Counted from the stretch's first letter, positions 18,470-28,499 are shown. The stretch: DNA of 64,000 nt from Candidatus Latescibacterota bacterium (GCA_965203805.1 OZ241917.1:2848001-2912000); one strand, 5' to 3'. Numbers and translations: made by a program. Notes: generated from the letters alone by a model not told the origin.

Positions 18470-20020
18470 ATGACCAGACGCAGACTGCCCATCGGCATTC
18501 AGACCTTCCGCAAAATTCGGGAGGACGACTGCTACTACGTCGATAAGACCGCCTACATCCGGAGGTTGCTCGACGAGGGTACTCATTACTTCCTATCGCG
18601 TCCTCGGCGCTTTGGCAAGAGCCTGTTTTTAGACACGATCAAGGAGGTGTTCGAGGGCAACGAGCCGCTGTTTGCCGGGCTGGCCATCCACGACCAGTGG
18701 GATTGGTCGGTGCGCCATCCGGTGCTGCGGCTCGACTTCAGCAGCGGCGCCTACCAGGGGCCGGACGACTTGCAAAAGGAAGTGGCGGCGCAATTGAACA
18801 CCCTGGAGGACGAGGCGGAGATCGTCTCGCGCGACGACGACACCGCTTCGGCTCGCTTCCGCCGCTTGATGAAGGTGCTGCACGAGCGAAGTGGTCAGCG
18901 CGTTGCCGTGCTGATTGACGAATACGACAAGCCTATTTTGGATGCGCTGGATACGCCGGAGGTCGCCCGTGCCAACCGCGACTTTCTACGCGGCCTGTAT
19001 TCGACCGTGAAGTTTGCCGACGCCCACGTCCGGCTCACGTTCATCACAGGGGTGAGCAAGTTCTCCAAGGTCAGCTTGTTTTCCGGCCTCAACAATCTCA
19101 AGGACATCACCCTGGACCCGCGCTATTCGGCTCTGTGCGGCTACACCGAGGCAGACCTGGATACGGTGTTCTCGCCGGAGTTGCCCGGCCTGGACCGGGA
19201 GCGGATCCGCGACTGGTACAACGGCTACCGGTGGCGGGGCGACGAGAAGGTGTACAACCCCTTCGACATCCTGCTGCTGTTCGACAGCCGCGAGTTCAAA
19301 GCCTATTGGTTCGAGACCGGGACGCCGACGTTCCTGATCGAAATGCTGCTCGAGCGCCGCGTCAGTTCCTTAGAACTCGGCGCGATGGAGGGCAGCGACG
19401 AACTCCTCTCGACCTTTGACGTCGATGACGTCGCCACGGAGGCCCTGCTGTTCCAGACAGGCTACCTGACGATCACCGACGAGGAGGACCTGGGCGGCGA
19501 GCCCGTCTATCGCCTGGACTATCCCAACCGCGAGGTGCGCCAGAGCCTGAACCGCAGTCTGCTGCGCTACCTGGTGCGGGATGCGACGCGGCAGCGGGCC
19601 AATAGCACACGGTTGTACCGGCTGTTGGAAGCCAACGACTTCGAGGGACTCAAGACACTTTTCCACGCTTTCTTCGCCAGCATCCCCTACGAGTGGTACA
19701 CCAACAACGACGTTGCCAGGTACGAGGGCTACTACGCCAGCGTTTTCTATTCCTATTTCGCGGCGCTGGGTCTCAATATCACCGTAGAAGACAGCAGCAG
19801 TCACGGGCGCGTGGATATGGCTGTACACTTCAACGACAACGTCTATCTGTTCGAGTTCAAAGTGGTAGAGTTGGCGTCTGATGGGGCTGCGATGGCGCAA
19901 TTGCGGGAGAAGGGATACGCGGACAAATACCGCGATTTGGGGCAGCCGATTCACCTGATCGGGGTCGAGTTCAGCAAGGATACCCGCAATATCACGGCCT
20001 TCGAGGCGGCCCGTGCGTGA
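18470..20020 (+). CDS. AAA-ATPase-like plus C-terminal PD-(D/E)XK nuclease protein, copy 1
   Basis: LPIGIQTF, YYVDKT, RPRRFGKS Walker A, LIDEYDKP Walker B, GRVD...FEFK nuclease motif. Confidence 0.9.
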   Translation: MTRRRLPIGIQTFRKIREDDCYYVDKTAYIRRLLDEGTHYFLSRPRRFGKSLFLDTIKEVFEGNEPLFAGLAIHDQWDWSVRHPVLRLDFSSGAYQGPDDLQKEVAAQLNTLEDEAEIVSRDDDTASARFRRLMKVLHERSGQRVAVLIDEYDKPILDALDTPEVARANRDFLRGLYSTVKFADAHVRLTFITGVSKFSKVSLFSGLNNLKDITLDPRYSALCGYTEADLDTVFSPELPGLDRERIRDWYNGYRWRGDEKVYNPFDILLLFDSREFKAYWFETGTPTFLIEMLLERRVSSLELGAMEGSDELLSTFDVDDVATEALLFQTGYLTITDEEDLGGEPVYRLDYPNREVRQSLNRSLLRYLVRDATRQRANSTRLYRLLEANDFEGLKTLFHAFFASIPYEWYTNNDVARYEGYYASVFYSYFAALGLNITVEDSSSHGRVDMAVHFNDNVYLFEFKVVELASDGAAMAQLREKGYADKYRDLGQPIHLIGVEFSKDTRNITAFEAARA

Positions 20021-20121
20021 CCTGCGAAGCGGGGTTGCGCACGACGATAGCAGGAAAACATCTGACGCGGGCAGACAGGAATCCCCCGTTTCGGCAGGTT
20101 TTCGCCGTGACAACGAAAAAA

Positions 20122-20216
20122 CTGCAGGATCACGGCGTTACGACACGCGCCGTTTCGCGCCGGTACCTTCTGTGCCCTTTGTGCATTTTGTGGCCGATGC
20201 ATTTTTCGACTTGAGG
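20122..20216. repeat. Non-coding repeat shared with 49601-49696
   Basis: CTGCAGGxTCACGGCGTTACGACAC...TTTGTGCxTTTTGTGGCC...TTTTCGAxTTGAGG at both sites, each beside an AAA-ATPase gene. Confidence 0.75.
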
Positions 20217-20240
20217 TAAATTGACATTCGGGGGTGATCC

Positions 20241-21290
20241 ATGTCCGAACGCGAATACAGCGGGGTTATCGTGGGCTTGACGGGAATCGGGGCCGGACGT
20301 CCGGCCGAAGCCGGGGGTCTGCCGCTATACGGCGCGATGCCGATGTCGCACGCCTCGGCCTATTACCGGTGTCCTCAGACCCGGCTGACGGCTGTGTGCG
20401 ACCTGCGTGAGGAGGCGCTGGACAGTTTCCGGGAGAACTGGAACGACGTGTGGCCCGAAATGCGCTACTACGTGGATTATCGGGAAATGTTCGAGGCGGA
20501 AAATCCCGAATTGGTGAGCGTCGCGACGTCGGACCACTTCCACGCGGATATCGTGGTGGATGCGGCCGAGCGCGGTACGGCCGCGATTCTCTGCGAAAAA
20601 CCGCTTGCGACAACGCTCGAGGACGCCGACAGGATGATCTCGGCGACCGAAGCGAACGGGACCGTACTTTCGGTGGATCATTCCCGGCGGTGGTACCCGC
20701 ATTACCTCAAGGCCCGCGAGATCGTCCGAAGCGGCGAGATCGGGCCGCTGCGCACCGTCGGGTGCGAGATGTTCGGCCTGCGTTCGATGTTGTTTCGCAA
20801 CGGGACCCACGCCCTGGATACGGTCTGCTTTTTTGCAGACGGAGATCCCCTGTGGCTGGTGGCGGACCTGGAGGACGGGTTCGAACACTTCACCGAGTAT
20901 CGGGGAGGCGGAGGAAAGGATGCCGCGAGTGATCCGTATGCCTCGGCCTATATCCGGTTCGGGAACGGCGTCAGGGCTTTTTTCAACTCCTACAAGACGA
21001 CGTTCGCCGGGTGGCGGTTCATTCTGACGTGTGAGGACGGGCGGGTGGAAGCCACCGATAAGACGGCCAGGCTGATTCGCGGCGCCTCGTTCGAGACCTC
21101 GGAGATCGTCCCGGAGCATTACATGCTGCATTCCAAGGGCGCCCTGGTGGCGGAACTGGTGCATCTGCTGGAACACGGCGGAGACCCGGTGTCTCCCGCG
21201 CGGGAGGCGCGGAAATCACTGGAGGTCATCCTGGGCATCCTGAAGTCTCATCACGCGGGCAACACACGCGTCGACTTTCCGCTGTCCTGA
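20241..21290 (+). CDS. Gfo/Idh/MocA family oxidoreductase
   Basis: AVCDL, VSVAT...H, LCEKPLA, GEIGPL, NGTHALD. Confidence 0.9.
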   Translation: MSEREYSGVIVGLTGIGAGRPAEAGGLPLYGAMPMSHASAYYRCPQTRLTAVCDLREEALDSFRENWNDVWPEMRYYVDYREMFEAENPELVSVATSDHFHADIVVDAAERGTAAILCEKPLATTLEDADRMISATEANGTVLSVDHSRRWYPHYLKAREIVRSGEIGPLRTVGCEMFGLRSMLFRNGTHALDTVCFFADGDPLWLVADLEDGFEHFTEYRGGGGKDAASDPYASAYIRFGNGVRAFFNSYKTTFAGWRFILTCEDGRVEATDKTARLIRGASFETSEIVPEHYMLHSKGALVAELVHLLEHGGDPVSPAREARKSLEVILGILKSHHAGNTRVDFPLS

Positions 21291-21302
21291 GGAGATCACG
21301 AC

Positions 21303-22598
21303 ATGAAATCTGTCGATCCCGTCGCGGTCTGGGACGTGCGCCCATGGGGCTGCCCGGCGTTCACGATCCGTGACTTCAACGGAGACGGGAAGAACGAAAT
21401 CCTGTTCGTGCAAAACGCGGGCGCGCACGCCAACGAGGCGTTCGATCCCAGGTTCAAGGACGTGCAGGGGTACAAGACCGGCGTGGAAGACCAGGAGCTC
21501 TTCTGCCTGACGCTTACGGACGGCGAGGGTCAGATTCTCTGGCAGGTTGGGGAACCCTGGGCGCTGGAGCGGCCCTTTTCCTGGAACGGGAGCAATTTCT
21601 GCGAGGTCGTGGACCTGGACGGGGACGGGCAGATCGAAATCATGATCGTCTACAAGGCGGAATTGCTGGTCTACAAGGGAGCCACCGGCGAATTGTGCAG
21701 CCGGCATGAGCTGCCCCATTCGGGGTTCTATTACTCGCGGGCGGTTCGAACCGATCACTCCGGAAGGTATCACATTTTTACCAAGAGCGTCACGTCTTCC
21801 GCCACGCATGGCTACGGCAATCCCAGCCTGCTGCTGGACCATGACTTCAACGTGGTCTGGGAGAAGGAGGTGGACGGCGCCGGGCATGGCGGCGACTTTG
21901 CCGACGTGGACGGCGACGGACTGGACGAACTTCTGATCGGCTTCAGCCTGTTCGACCACGACGGCAGTCCCCTCTGGTCGCATCCCCCGATGTCGGAGAA
22001 CGACCACCTGGACGATTCTGTGATTGCCGATATCGACGGCGACGGACGGTTCGAGTTCGCGCTGGCCCACGACGGACACGACGCGGTCGTCCACAATTCC
22101 GACGGAACCGTGCGGTTCACCGTTCCGATGAATCACTGCCAGAACATCCTGCCGGGAAGATTCTTCGAAGCCGATCCGGGGCTTCAGCTGGCCTTTGTGG
22201 ACAAGGCGCTGGGACGCGCGGAGGAGCGGGAGGCAGCGATCGTCAGTGCCGACGGCCGCGAGTTGTCCCGGCATCGGACGATGGGTTATTACTCGGTCAT
22301 CGGGTGGTCGAGTGACGTGGGCGAGGACAGCCTGATGCGTCTCGAATGGCCGACCGAGCCCGACGCCGACCACCGCGTATTATGGGTGGGCCCCACCGGC
22401 CGGGAACTGGCGCGGCTGAACGTGCGGGAAAATTTCCACGACCGCTTTCAGAAGTTCGGCCTCGAAGACTATCCCGGCCGCGGCCGCTATTTCGGCACCA
22501 GCCACACCGCGGCCATTGGCGATCTCGACGGGGATGGACGCGACGAGTTCCTGGTAACCGATCGGGAGAAGGTATGGGTATTCAAGAAGCCGCAATAG
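21303..22598 (+). CDS. FG-GAP/VCBS repeat beta-propeller protein (polysaccharide lyase 11-like)
   Basis: Five D.DGDG..E repeats; GAGH...ADVDGDGLDELLIG and HLD motifs. Confidence 0.7.
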   Translation: MKSVDPVAVWDVRPWGCPAFTIRDFNGDGKNEILFVQNAGAHANEAFDPRFKDVQGYKTGVEDQELFCLTLTDGEGQILWQVGEPWALERPFSWNGSNFCEVVDLDGDGQIEIMIVYKAELLVYKGATGELCSRHELPHSGFYYSRAVRTDHSGRYHIFTKSVTSSATHGYGNPSLLLDHDFNVVWEKEVDGAGHGGDFADVDGDGLDELLIGFSLFDHDGSPLWSHPPMSENDHLDDSVIADIDGDGRFEFALAHDGHDAVVHNSDGTVRFTVPMNHCQNILPGRFFEADPGLQLAFVDKALGRAEEREAAIVSADGRELSRHRTMGYYSVIGWSSDVGEDSLMRLEWPTEPDADHRVLWVGPTGRELARLNVRENFHDRFQKFGLEDYPGRGRYFGTSHTAAIGDLDGDGRDEFLVTDREKVWVFKKPQ

Positions 22599-22631
22599 AC
22601 TGCGTTCGACTCTCGCGATCGGAGCAGCCGT

Positions 22632-22753
22632 AGAAGCTACTTGGAAAATAACATCAGAAACTACAAAACACACGAAAAAAACGAAAAATCCGTGGCTTAA
22701 ATCAATTGCCACAAGAGGCCTGCCTGCAGCGCAGGGCACTGCGCAGGCAGGCG
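22632..22753. repeat. ~120-bp non-coding repeat, also at 26103 and 27222
   Basis: AGAAGCTACTTGGAAAATAACATCAGAAACTACAAAACAC..AATCAATTGCCACAAGAGGCCTGC..GCAGGCAGGCG is almost identical in three places. Confidence 0.92.
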
Positions 22754-22844
22754 CGAAGACCGCTGGGGAGTTTAAAACAGCTTCTCAAGGAAACAAAAGC
22801 GTGAAGCAGGAATTACATCACCCAATGCCTGGAGGAAATTGCCG

Positions 22845-24392
22845 GTGACCAGACGCAGACTCCCCATCGGCATGCAGACCTTCCGCGAACTCCGAGAGCA
22901 GGACTGCTATTACGTCGACAAGACCGCACATATCCGGCGGCTGCTCGACGAGGGCAAGCACTATTTCCTGTCGCGCCCTCGTCGCTTCGGCAAAAGCCTG
23001 TTTCTCGACACGCTCAAGGAACTGTTCGAGGGCAACCAACCTCTGTTTCAGGGGCTGGACATCCACGGTTACTGGGACTGGTCCATACGTTGCCCCGTCC
23101 TGCGTCTGAGCTTCGGGAGCGGGCACTTCAAGGAGCCGGGCCACTTGCATACGAACCTGATGGCCCAATTGGACGCCGTGGAACGAAAGGCAAACGTATC
23201 CTCTGAGTACGTCACCGGTCCCGAACGGTTGCGGCATCTCCTGGAAGTGCTGCACGGCAAGACCGGTCGGCCCGTCGCAGTGCTGATCGACGAGTATGAC
23301 AAGCCGATCCTGGACGCCCTGGAGACGCCGGACGTCGCCCGCGCAAACCGCGACTATCTGCGGGGCCTCTATGCAGTCGTCAAGGACAGCGACACCGACA
23401 TCCGCTTCAGCCTTATTACCGGGGTAAGCAAGTTCTCCAGAGTCAGCCTGTTCTCCGGCCTCAACAACCTGGTCGACATCACCCTGGACGCGCGCCATTC
23501 GTCCATCTGCGGGTACACCGACGAGGATATCGACACCGTTTTCGCGCCGGAGTTGCCCGGCCTCAACCGGGAGGAGATCCGCTACTGGTACAACGGCTAC
23601 AGTTGGCGGGGCGATACAAGGGTATATAACCCCTTCGACATACTGCTGCTGTTTCGCAACCGAGAGTTCGCCGCCTATTGGTTTGAGACGGGCACGCCGA
23701 CGTTTCTGGTCGAAACGCTGTTCAAGCGCCAGGTGAGTTCTCTGGCTCTGGACGAAATGCTGGGCAGCAGCGATCTGCTGTCGACGTTCGACGTGGACGA
23801 CGTGGCCACCGAGGCGCTTTTGTTCCAGACCGGGTATCTCACAATAACAGAAGAGGAAGATCTCGGCGGCGAACCTCACTACCGTCTGGGCTATCCCAAC
23901 CGGGAAGTGCGGCAGAGCCTGAATCGGAGCCTGCTGCGCTACCTGGTGAAGGACGCGTCTCGGCAGATGGCGAACAGCGTCCGGCTTTACCGGCTGCTGG
24001 AGGCCAACGACTTCGCCGGGCTCGAAACGCTGTTCCAGGCGTTCTTTGCCAGCATTCCCTATGAGTGGTACACGAACAACGACATTGCCAACTACGAGGG
24101 CTACTACGCCAGCGTGTTTTATTCCTATTTCGCGGCACTGGGGCTGGACGTCACGGTGGAGGACGCCAGCAGTCACGGCCGGCTGGACATGGCGGTTCAT
24201 TTTAACGACAACGTCTATCTGTTCGAATTCAAGGTCGTCGAGATGACCTCGGAGGGCGCGGCGATGGCGCAATTGAAGGCGAAACGCTACGCTGACAAGT
24301 ACCGTGATCCGGGACAGGCGATCCACCTGATCGGCGTGGAGTTCAGTAAGGAGGCCCGCAACCTGACGGCGTTCGAGGTGGAGCGGGTTTGA
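22845..24392 (+). CDS. AAA-ATPase-like plus PD-(D/E)XK nuclease protein, copy 2
   Basis: Same motifs as copy 1; GGAGG RBS upstream of GTG at 22845. Confidence 0.9.
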   Translation: MTRRRLPIGMQTFRELREQDCYYVDKTAHIRRLLDEGKHYFLSRPRRFGKSLFLDTLKELFEGNQPLFQGLDIHGYWDWSIRCPVLRLSFGSGHFKEPGHLHTNLMAQLDAVERKANVSSEYVTGPERLRHLLEVLHGKTGRPVAVLIDEYDKPILDALETPDVARANRDYLRGLYAVVKDSDTDIRFSLITGVSKFSRVSLFSGLNNLVDITLDARHSSICGYTDEDIDTVFAPELPGLNREEIRYWYNGYSWRGDTRVYNPFDILLLFRNREFAAYWFETGTPTFLVETLFKRQVSSLALDEMLGSSDLLSTFDVDDVATEALLFQTGYLTITEEEDLGGEPHYRLGYPNREVRQSLNRSLLRYLVKDASRQMANSVRLYRLLEANDFAGLETLFQAFFASIPYEWYTNNDIANYEGYYASVFYSYFAALGLDVTVEDASSHGRLDMAVHFNDNVYLFEFKVVEMTSEGAAMAQLKAKRYADKYRDPGQAIHLIGVEFSKEARNLTAFEVERV

Positions 24393-24681
24393 GCATCCGG
24401 ATGAGCATGAGGGGATGTGGCTGGATGGCCGTGAGGACGTTTCTCCGGCGGAAGTTATTACCGGAAGCGGTAAATAGTTTATATTTCATGCCTCTGCGAC
24501 AGCGCGACGGTGTCAACTATGCGCCCCGTGCCGCTCCGTGAACCCGTCGAAGTGCGTCGAAGGATTGGCGAAGAGCTGATGTAGACTATTTTCTTCTTCC
24601 CGTAGTATACGATTTCCAGCGCCTGCCTGCCGGTAGGCACGGCACGGGCGCCGGACGTTTCCGCGTCTGAGAAAGAAAAAA

Positions 24682-24951
24682 ATGGCTAGGGACAACGACG
24701 TAGAGCAGCCTTCGGGAAGCAAGGACAAGCCTGCTCGAACCACTCCTTCGGCGGCCAAACTCAGGCAGATTGTGGGCGCCTCGCCTGCTCCCAGGAATTT
24801 GACGCCGTACGAGGTCGACCTGCTACGGAAGGCCGCACGGGAAACTGCGGAGGTCGTGGACGAAGTCCTTGCAGAAGAAAAAGCGGCTCGAGATCAGGAT
24901 GAAACGCAAGCAACGACGGAAGCAGACGAACAGCAAGAGGAGTCCCGCTAA
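24682..24951 (+). CDS. Small family-A protein copy 1 (PSAAKL..PRNLTPYE.DLLRK)
   Basis: Conserved paralogue family with a conserved leader GCACGGGCGCCGGACGTTTCCGCGTCTGAGAAAGA. Confidence 0.65.
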   Translation: MARDNDVEQPSGSKDKPARTTPSAAKLRQIVGASPAPRNLTPYEVDLLRKAARETAEVVDEVLAEEKAARDQDETQATTEADEQQEESR

Positions 24952-24981
24952 GACGTTTTCCAACAACACACGGGGGGAACC

Positions 24982-25179
24982 ATGAACACCGCAACGCCCG
25001 AAGCACCCTCCGGCGCCGATTTCGAGGCACGCCTTGCGCGCCTGGAAGGTACCGTTGAGCAGCTTAGCCAGCGCATCGCTGCCCTCGAAACCCGCGTCGA
25101 TCAGGGTTTCCGCTGGATGATCGGCATTCAATTAACCATGTTCATCACGCTTGGCACGCTCATTCTCTTCAAACTATAA
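24982..25179 (+). CDS. Small family-B coiled-coil protein with C-terminal TM helix, copy 1
   Basis: FEARLARLEG heptads then FRWMIGIQ..LGTLILFKL; G-rich RBS. Confidence 0.7.
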   Translation: MNTATPEAPSGADFEARLARLEGTVEQLSQRIAALETRVDQGFRWMIGIQLTMFITLGTLILFKL

Positions 25180-25228
25180 CCCTCGCACGGGCGCCGGACG
25201 TTTCCGCGTCTGAGAAAGATAAGAAAAA

Positions 25229-25498
25229 ATGGCCAGGGACAACGACGCGGAACAGCCTTCAGGGCGTCGGAACAAGCCTGCTCGAACCACTCCTTCGGCG
25301 GCCAAGCTCAGGCAGATTTTGGGCGACTCGCCTTCTCCCAGGAATTTGACGCCGTACGAGGTCGACCTGCTACGGAAGGCCGCACGGGAAACTGCGGAGG
25401 TCGTGGACGAAGTCCTTGCAGAAGAAAAAGCGGCTCGAGATCAGGATGAAACGCAAGCAACGATGGAAGCAGACGATCAGCGCGAAGAACCCCGCTAA
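25229..25498 (+). CDS. Family-A protein copy 2
   Basis: Close paralogue of 24682..24951. Confidence 0.65.
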   Translation: MARDNDAEQPSGRRNKPARTTPSAAKLRQILGDSPSPRNLTPYEVDLLRKAARETAEVVDEVLAEEKAARDQDETQATMEADDQREEPR

Positions 25499-25531
25499 GC
25501 GGTTTTCCAACAACACACGGAGGCAGCCAAC

Positions 25532-25765
25532 ATGAACACCGCAACGCCCGATTTCGACGCCCGCCTCTCCCGCGTCGAGGGAACCGTCGAGCAGCTTAGC
25601 CAGCGCATGGCAAGCCTGGAAACCCGCATGGGCAACCTGGAAACCCGCATGGATCAGGGTTTCCGCGAAGTCAACGCACGCATGGATAGCGGGTTCCGTT
25701 GGATTGTCGGTATTCAGTTTACCACGCTGGTTGCGCTTGGCACGCTCATTCTCTTCAAACTCTAA
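25532..25765 (+). CDS. Family-B protein copy 2
   Basis: Paralogue with a 21-bp (heptad) tandem duplication; GGAGG RBS. Confidence 0.7.
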   Translation: MNTATPDFDARLSRVEGTVEQLSQRMASLETRMGNLETRMDQGFREVNARMDSGFRWIVGIQFTTLVALGTLILFKL

Positions 25766-25833
25766 CCCTCGCCTGCCTGCCGGTAGGCACGGCACGGGCG
25801 CCGGACGTTTCCGCGTCTGAGAAAGATAAGAAA

Positions 25834-26103
25834 ATGGCCAGGGACAACGACGCGGTGCAGCGTTCAGGGCGTCGGAACAAACACACTTGGATCAGTCCTT
25901 CGGCAGCCAAACTCAAGCAGATATTGGGCGACTCGCCCGCACCCCGGAATCTGACGCCGTACGAGATCGAGCTGTTGCGGAAAAGCAAGAAGGAGATGGC
26001 CCAGGTCCTGCGCGAAGTCCTTGCGGAGAAAAAAGTGGCTCGATACCAGGATGAAACGCGAGCAACGATGGAAGGAGAGGAGCGGCGCGAAGACTCCCGC
26101 TAA
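25834..26103 (+). CDS. Family-A protein copy 3
   Basis: ATG at 25834 (MARDNDAVQRSG); 89 aa. Confidence 0.65.
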   Translation: MARDNDAVQRSGRRNKHTWISPSAAKLKQILGDSPAPRNLTPYEIELLRKSKKEMAQVLREVLAEKKVARYQDETRATMEGEERREDSR

Positions 26104-26302
26104 GAAGCTACTTGGAAAATAACATCAGAAACTACAAAACACGCGAAAAAAACGAAAAATCCGTGGCTTAAATCAATTGCCACAAGAGGCCTGCCTGCAG
26201 CGCCTGTCTGCGTGCCTGCATGCAGCGCAGGGCACTGCGCAGGCAGGCGTGCCACACGCACAGGCAGGCGCTGGTAGGACGGCGAATAAGGATATGGTAG
26301 CA

Positions 26303-26587
26303 ATGCACGCAATAATCGAACAACACCGCGCCGGGATTCTCGCCCTCGCTGAACGGCACGGTATTACCGACGTACGTGTGTTCGGGTCTATGGCGAGAGG
26401 CGACGCCGATGATTCCGGTGACGTCGATCTGCTGGTGTCGCTGCCGCCCGATAAAACGGGCCTCGCGCTCGGCGCGCTGTTGATGGACGTGCGGGACCTT
26501 CTGCAACGCCGCGTAGAAGTCGTCACTGAAAAGAGTCTTCATCCGGCCCTCCGCGAGCGCGTTCTGAACGAGGCGCAGCCGTTATGA
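26303..26587 (+). CDS. Minimal nucleotidyltransferase (MNT/MntA-type antitoxin), copy 1
   Basis: VRVFGSMARGD...DVDLLV motif, ~94 aa; partner HEPN gene reduced to ATGAAACC. Confidence 0.88.
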   Translation: MHAIIEQHRAGILALAERHGITDVRVFGSMARGDADDSGDVDLLVSLPPDKTGLALGALLMDVRDLLQRRVEVVTEKSLHPALRERVLNEAQPL

Positions 26588-26671
26588 AACCCGAAAGTTG
26601 TAATCCGAATCCGTTGTGAATACTAAGCGAAAATTAGACGATTTCCAACCCAACACGCGGAGGCAACGAAC

Positions 26672-26884
26672 ATGAACTCCGCGACGCCCAATTTCGAGGC
26701 GCGCCTTGCGCGCCTGGTGGGTATCGTTGAACAGCTTAGCCAGCGCATGGGCAACCTGGAAACCCGCATGGATCAGGGTTTCCGCGAAGTCAACGCACGC
26801 ATGGATAGCGGGTTCCGTTGGATTGTCGGTATTCAGTTTACTACGCTGGTTGCGCTTGGCACGCTCATCCTCTTCAAACTCTGA
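26672..26884 (+). CDS. Family-B protein copy 3
   Basis: Paralogue of 25532..25765. Confidence 0.7.
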   Translation: MNSATPNFEARLARLVGIVEQLSQRMGNLETRMDQGFREVNARMDSGFRWIVGIQFTTLVALGTLILFKL

Positions 26885-26952
26885 CCCTCGCCTGTCTGCC
26901 GGTAGGCACGGCACGGGCGCCGGACGTTTCCGCGTCTGAGAAAGATAAGAAA

Positions 26953-27222
26953 ATGGCCAGGGACAACGACGCGGTGCAGCGTTCAGGGCGTCGGAACAAA
27001 CACACTTGGATCAGTCCTTCGGCAGCCAAACTCAAGCAGATATTGGGCGACTCGCCCGCGCCCCGGAATCTGACGCCGTACGAGATCGAGCTGTTGCGGA
27101 AAAGCAAGAAGGAGATGGCCCAGGTCCTGCGCGAAGTCCTTGCGGAGAAAAAAGTGGCTCGATACCAGGATGAAACGCGAGCAACGATGGAAGGAGAGGA
27201 GCGGCGCGAAGACTCCCGCTAA
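26953..27222 (+). CDS. Family-A protein copy 4
   Basis: Same protein as copy 3, 1119 bp downstream. Confidence 0.65.
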   Translation: MARDNDAVQRSGRRNKHTWISPSAAKLKQILGDSPAPRNLTPYEIELLRKSKKEMAQVLREVLAEKKVARYQDETRATMEGEERREDSR

Positions 27223-27396
27223 GAAGCTACTTGGAAAATAACATCAGAAACTACAAAACACGCGAAAAAAACGAAAAATCCGTGGCTTAAATCAATTGCC
27301 ACAAGAGGCCTGCATGCAGCGCAGGGCACTGCGCAGGCAGGCGTGCCACACGCACAGGCAGGCGCTGGTTGGACGGCGCGTAAGAATACGGTAGCA

Positions 27397-27681
27397 ATGC
27401 ACGCAATCATCGAACAACACCGCGCCGGGATTCTCGCCCTCGCTGAACGCCATGGTATTACCGACGTACGTGTGTTCGGGTCTATGGCGAGGGGCGACGC
27501 CGATGATTCCGGTGACGTCGATCTGCTGGTGTCGTTGCCGCCCGATAAAACGGGCCTCGCGCTCGGCGCACTGTTGATGGACGTGCGAGACCTTCTGCAA
27601 CGCCGCGTGGAAGTCGTCACTGAGAAGAGTCTTCATCCGGCCCTCCGTGAGCGCGTGCTGAAAGAGGCACAGCCTTTATGA
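27397..27681 (+). CDS. Minimal nucleotidyltransferase (MNT), copy 2
   Basis: Near-identical to 26303..26587. Confidence 0.88.
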   Translation: MHAIIEQHRAGILALAERHGITDVRVFGSMARGDADDSGDVDLLVSLPPDKTGLALGALLMDVRDLLQRRVEVVTEKSLHPALRERVLKEAQPL

Positions 27682-27842
27682 AACCGGACGCGCAGTCCGA
27701 TAGAGTATTGCTGGAACACATACGCGAGTGCATTGAACGCATTCGGGAATACACCGGCAGCAGGCGAGTTTCGTTCTACGGTTCACCTTGGTGTCCGAAA
27801 TCGGATGTAACCCTCACAGGAGCAATTGGGAAAGCAACGTAG
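27678..27842 (+). pseudogene. Truncated HEPN/DUF86 (HepT-like) toxin
   Basis: MKPDAQSDRVLLEHIRECIERIREYT..SFYGS resembles the DUF86 N-terminus; similarity ends near 27792 and the RxxxxH motif is absent. Confidence 0.72.
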
Positions 27843-27958
27843 GAAATTTGATGGACGAAGCGTTTGGGAAGAATGTCATCACAGGGTCGGAGGAGTCCTG
27901 ATCCTGAAGGGGAACCGGCGAGTTCCTCGAAGTACGTCTCCACCTGAAAGAGACAAGT

Positions 27959-28266
27959 GTGAAAACGATCGAACAGGTCGGGCTCAACTGACCACAGGCG
28001 ATTTTGACTTTTCTCGCCACGCCTTCAAGCGAGCGGTTGAAAGAAACATCAGCGAACAGGAGATCAGACAGGCAGGATTGTGGGCAACAATCATTGAGGA
28101 ATATCCTGGCGATAAGTACGCCCCGAGTTGCCTGCTTTTGGGTTTCACCCAATCGGGTAGACCTCTGCACGTCCACGTTTCGCTTGCCGACACGGAGGAA
28201 GTGAGAATCATTACACTATATGTGCCAGATCCGGATAAGTGGATCGAATACTATAGAAGGAGGTGA
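27959..28266 (+). pseudogene. DUF4258 toxin-like gene, frameshifted near codon 7
   Basis: GTG AAA ACG ATC GAA CAG GTC stops at TGA 27989; FSRHAFKR..IIEEYPGDKY..SCLLLG..RPLHV..IITLY.PD continues in another frame. Confidence 0.7.
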
Positions 28267-28268
28267 GC

Positions 28269-28499
28269 ATGTTTACTTGCCCGGTCTGCCATTCCCAGGA
28301 AAGCCGTGAGGAGTTGGTCGACGAGGTGTTTCGCGTTGATGGGCGTTATGCCCTGGTCGAGGGCATTCCGGCTCTCGTGTGCGTCCGGTGTGGCGAACAG
28401 GCCTTTAGTCGCGAGACGACGGAGAAGGTGCGATTGATGGTCCACGGAGAGGCTGAATCAACAACGTCCATACCCATGCAGGTCTTTGACTTCGCCTGA
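28269..28499 (+). CDS. YgiT-type zinc finger protein (MqsA-like antitoxin)
   Basis: CPVC...IPALVCVRCGE, immediately after the DUF4258-like gene. Confidence 0.85.
   Translation: MFTCPVCHSQESREELVDEVFRVDGRYALVEGIPALVCVRCGEQAFSRETTEKVRLMVHGEAESTTSIPMQVFDFA

Noticed and set aside
14232-18498. Long antisense and alternate-frame ORFs (607, 552 and 740 aa), plus similar ones at 22818, 57802 and 60588
   Set aside because: Shadows of real genes in GC-rich DNA, with no recognisable motifs.
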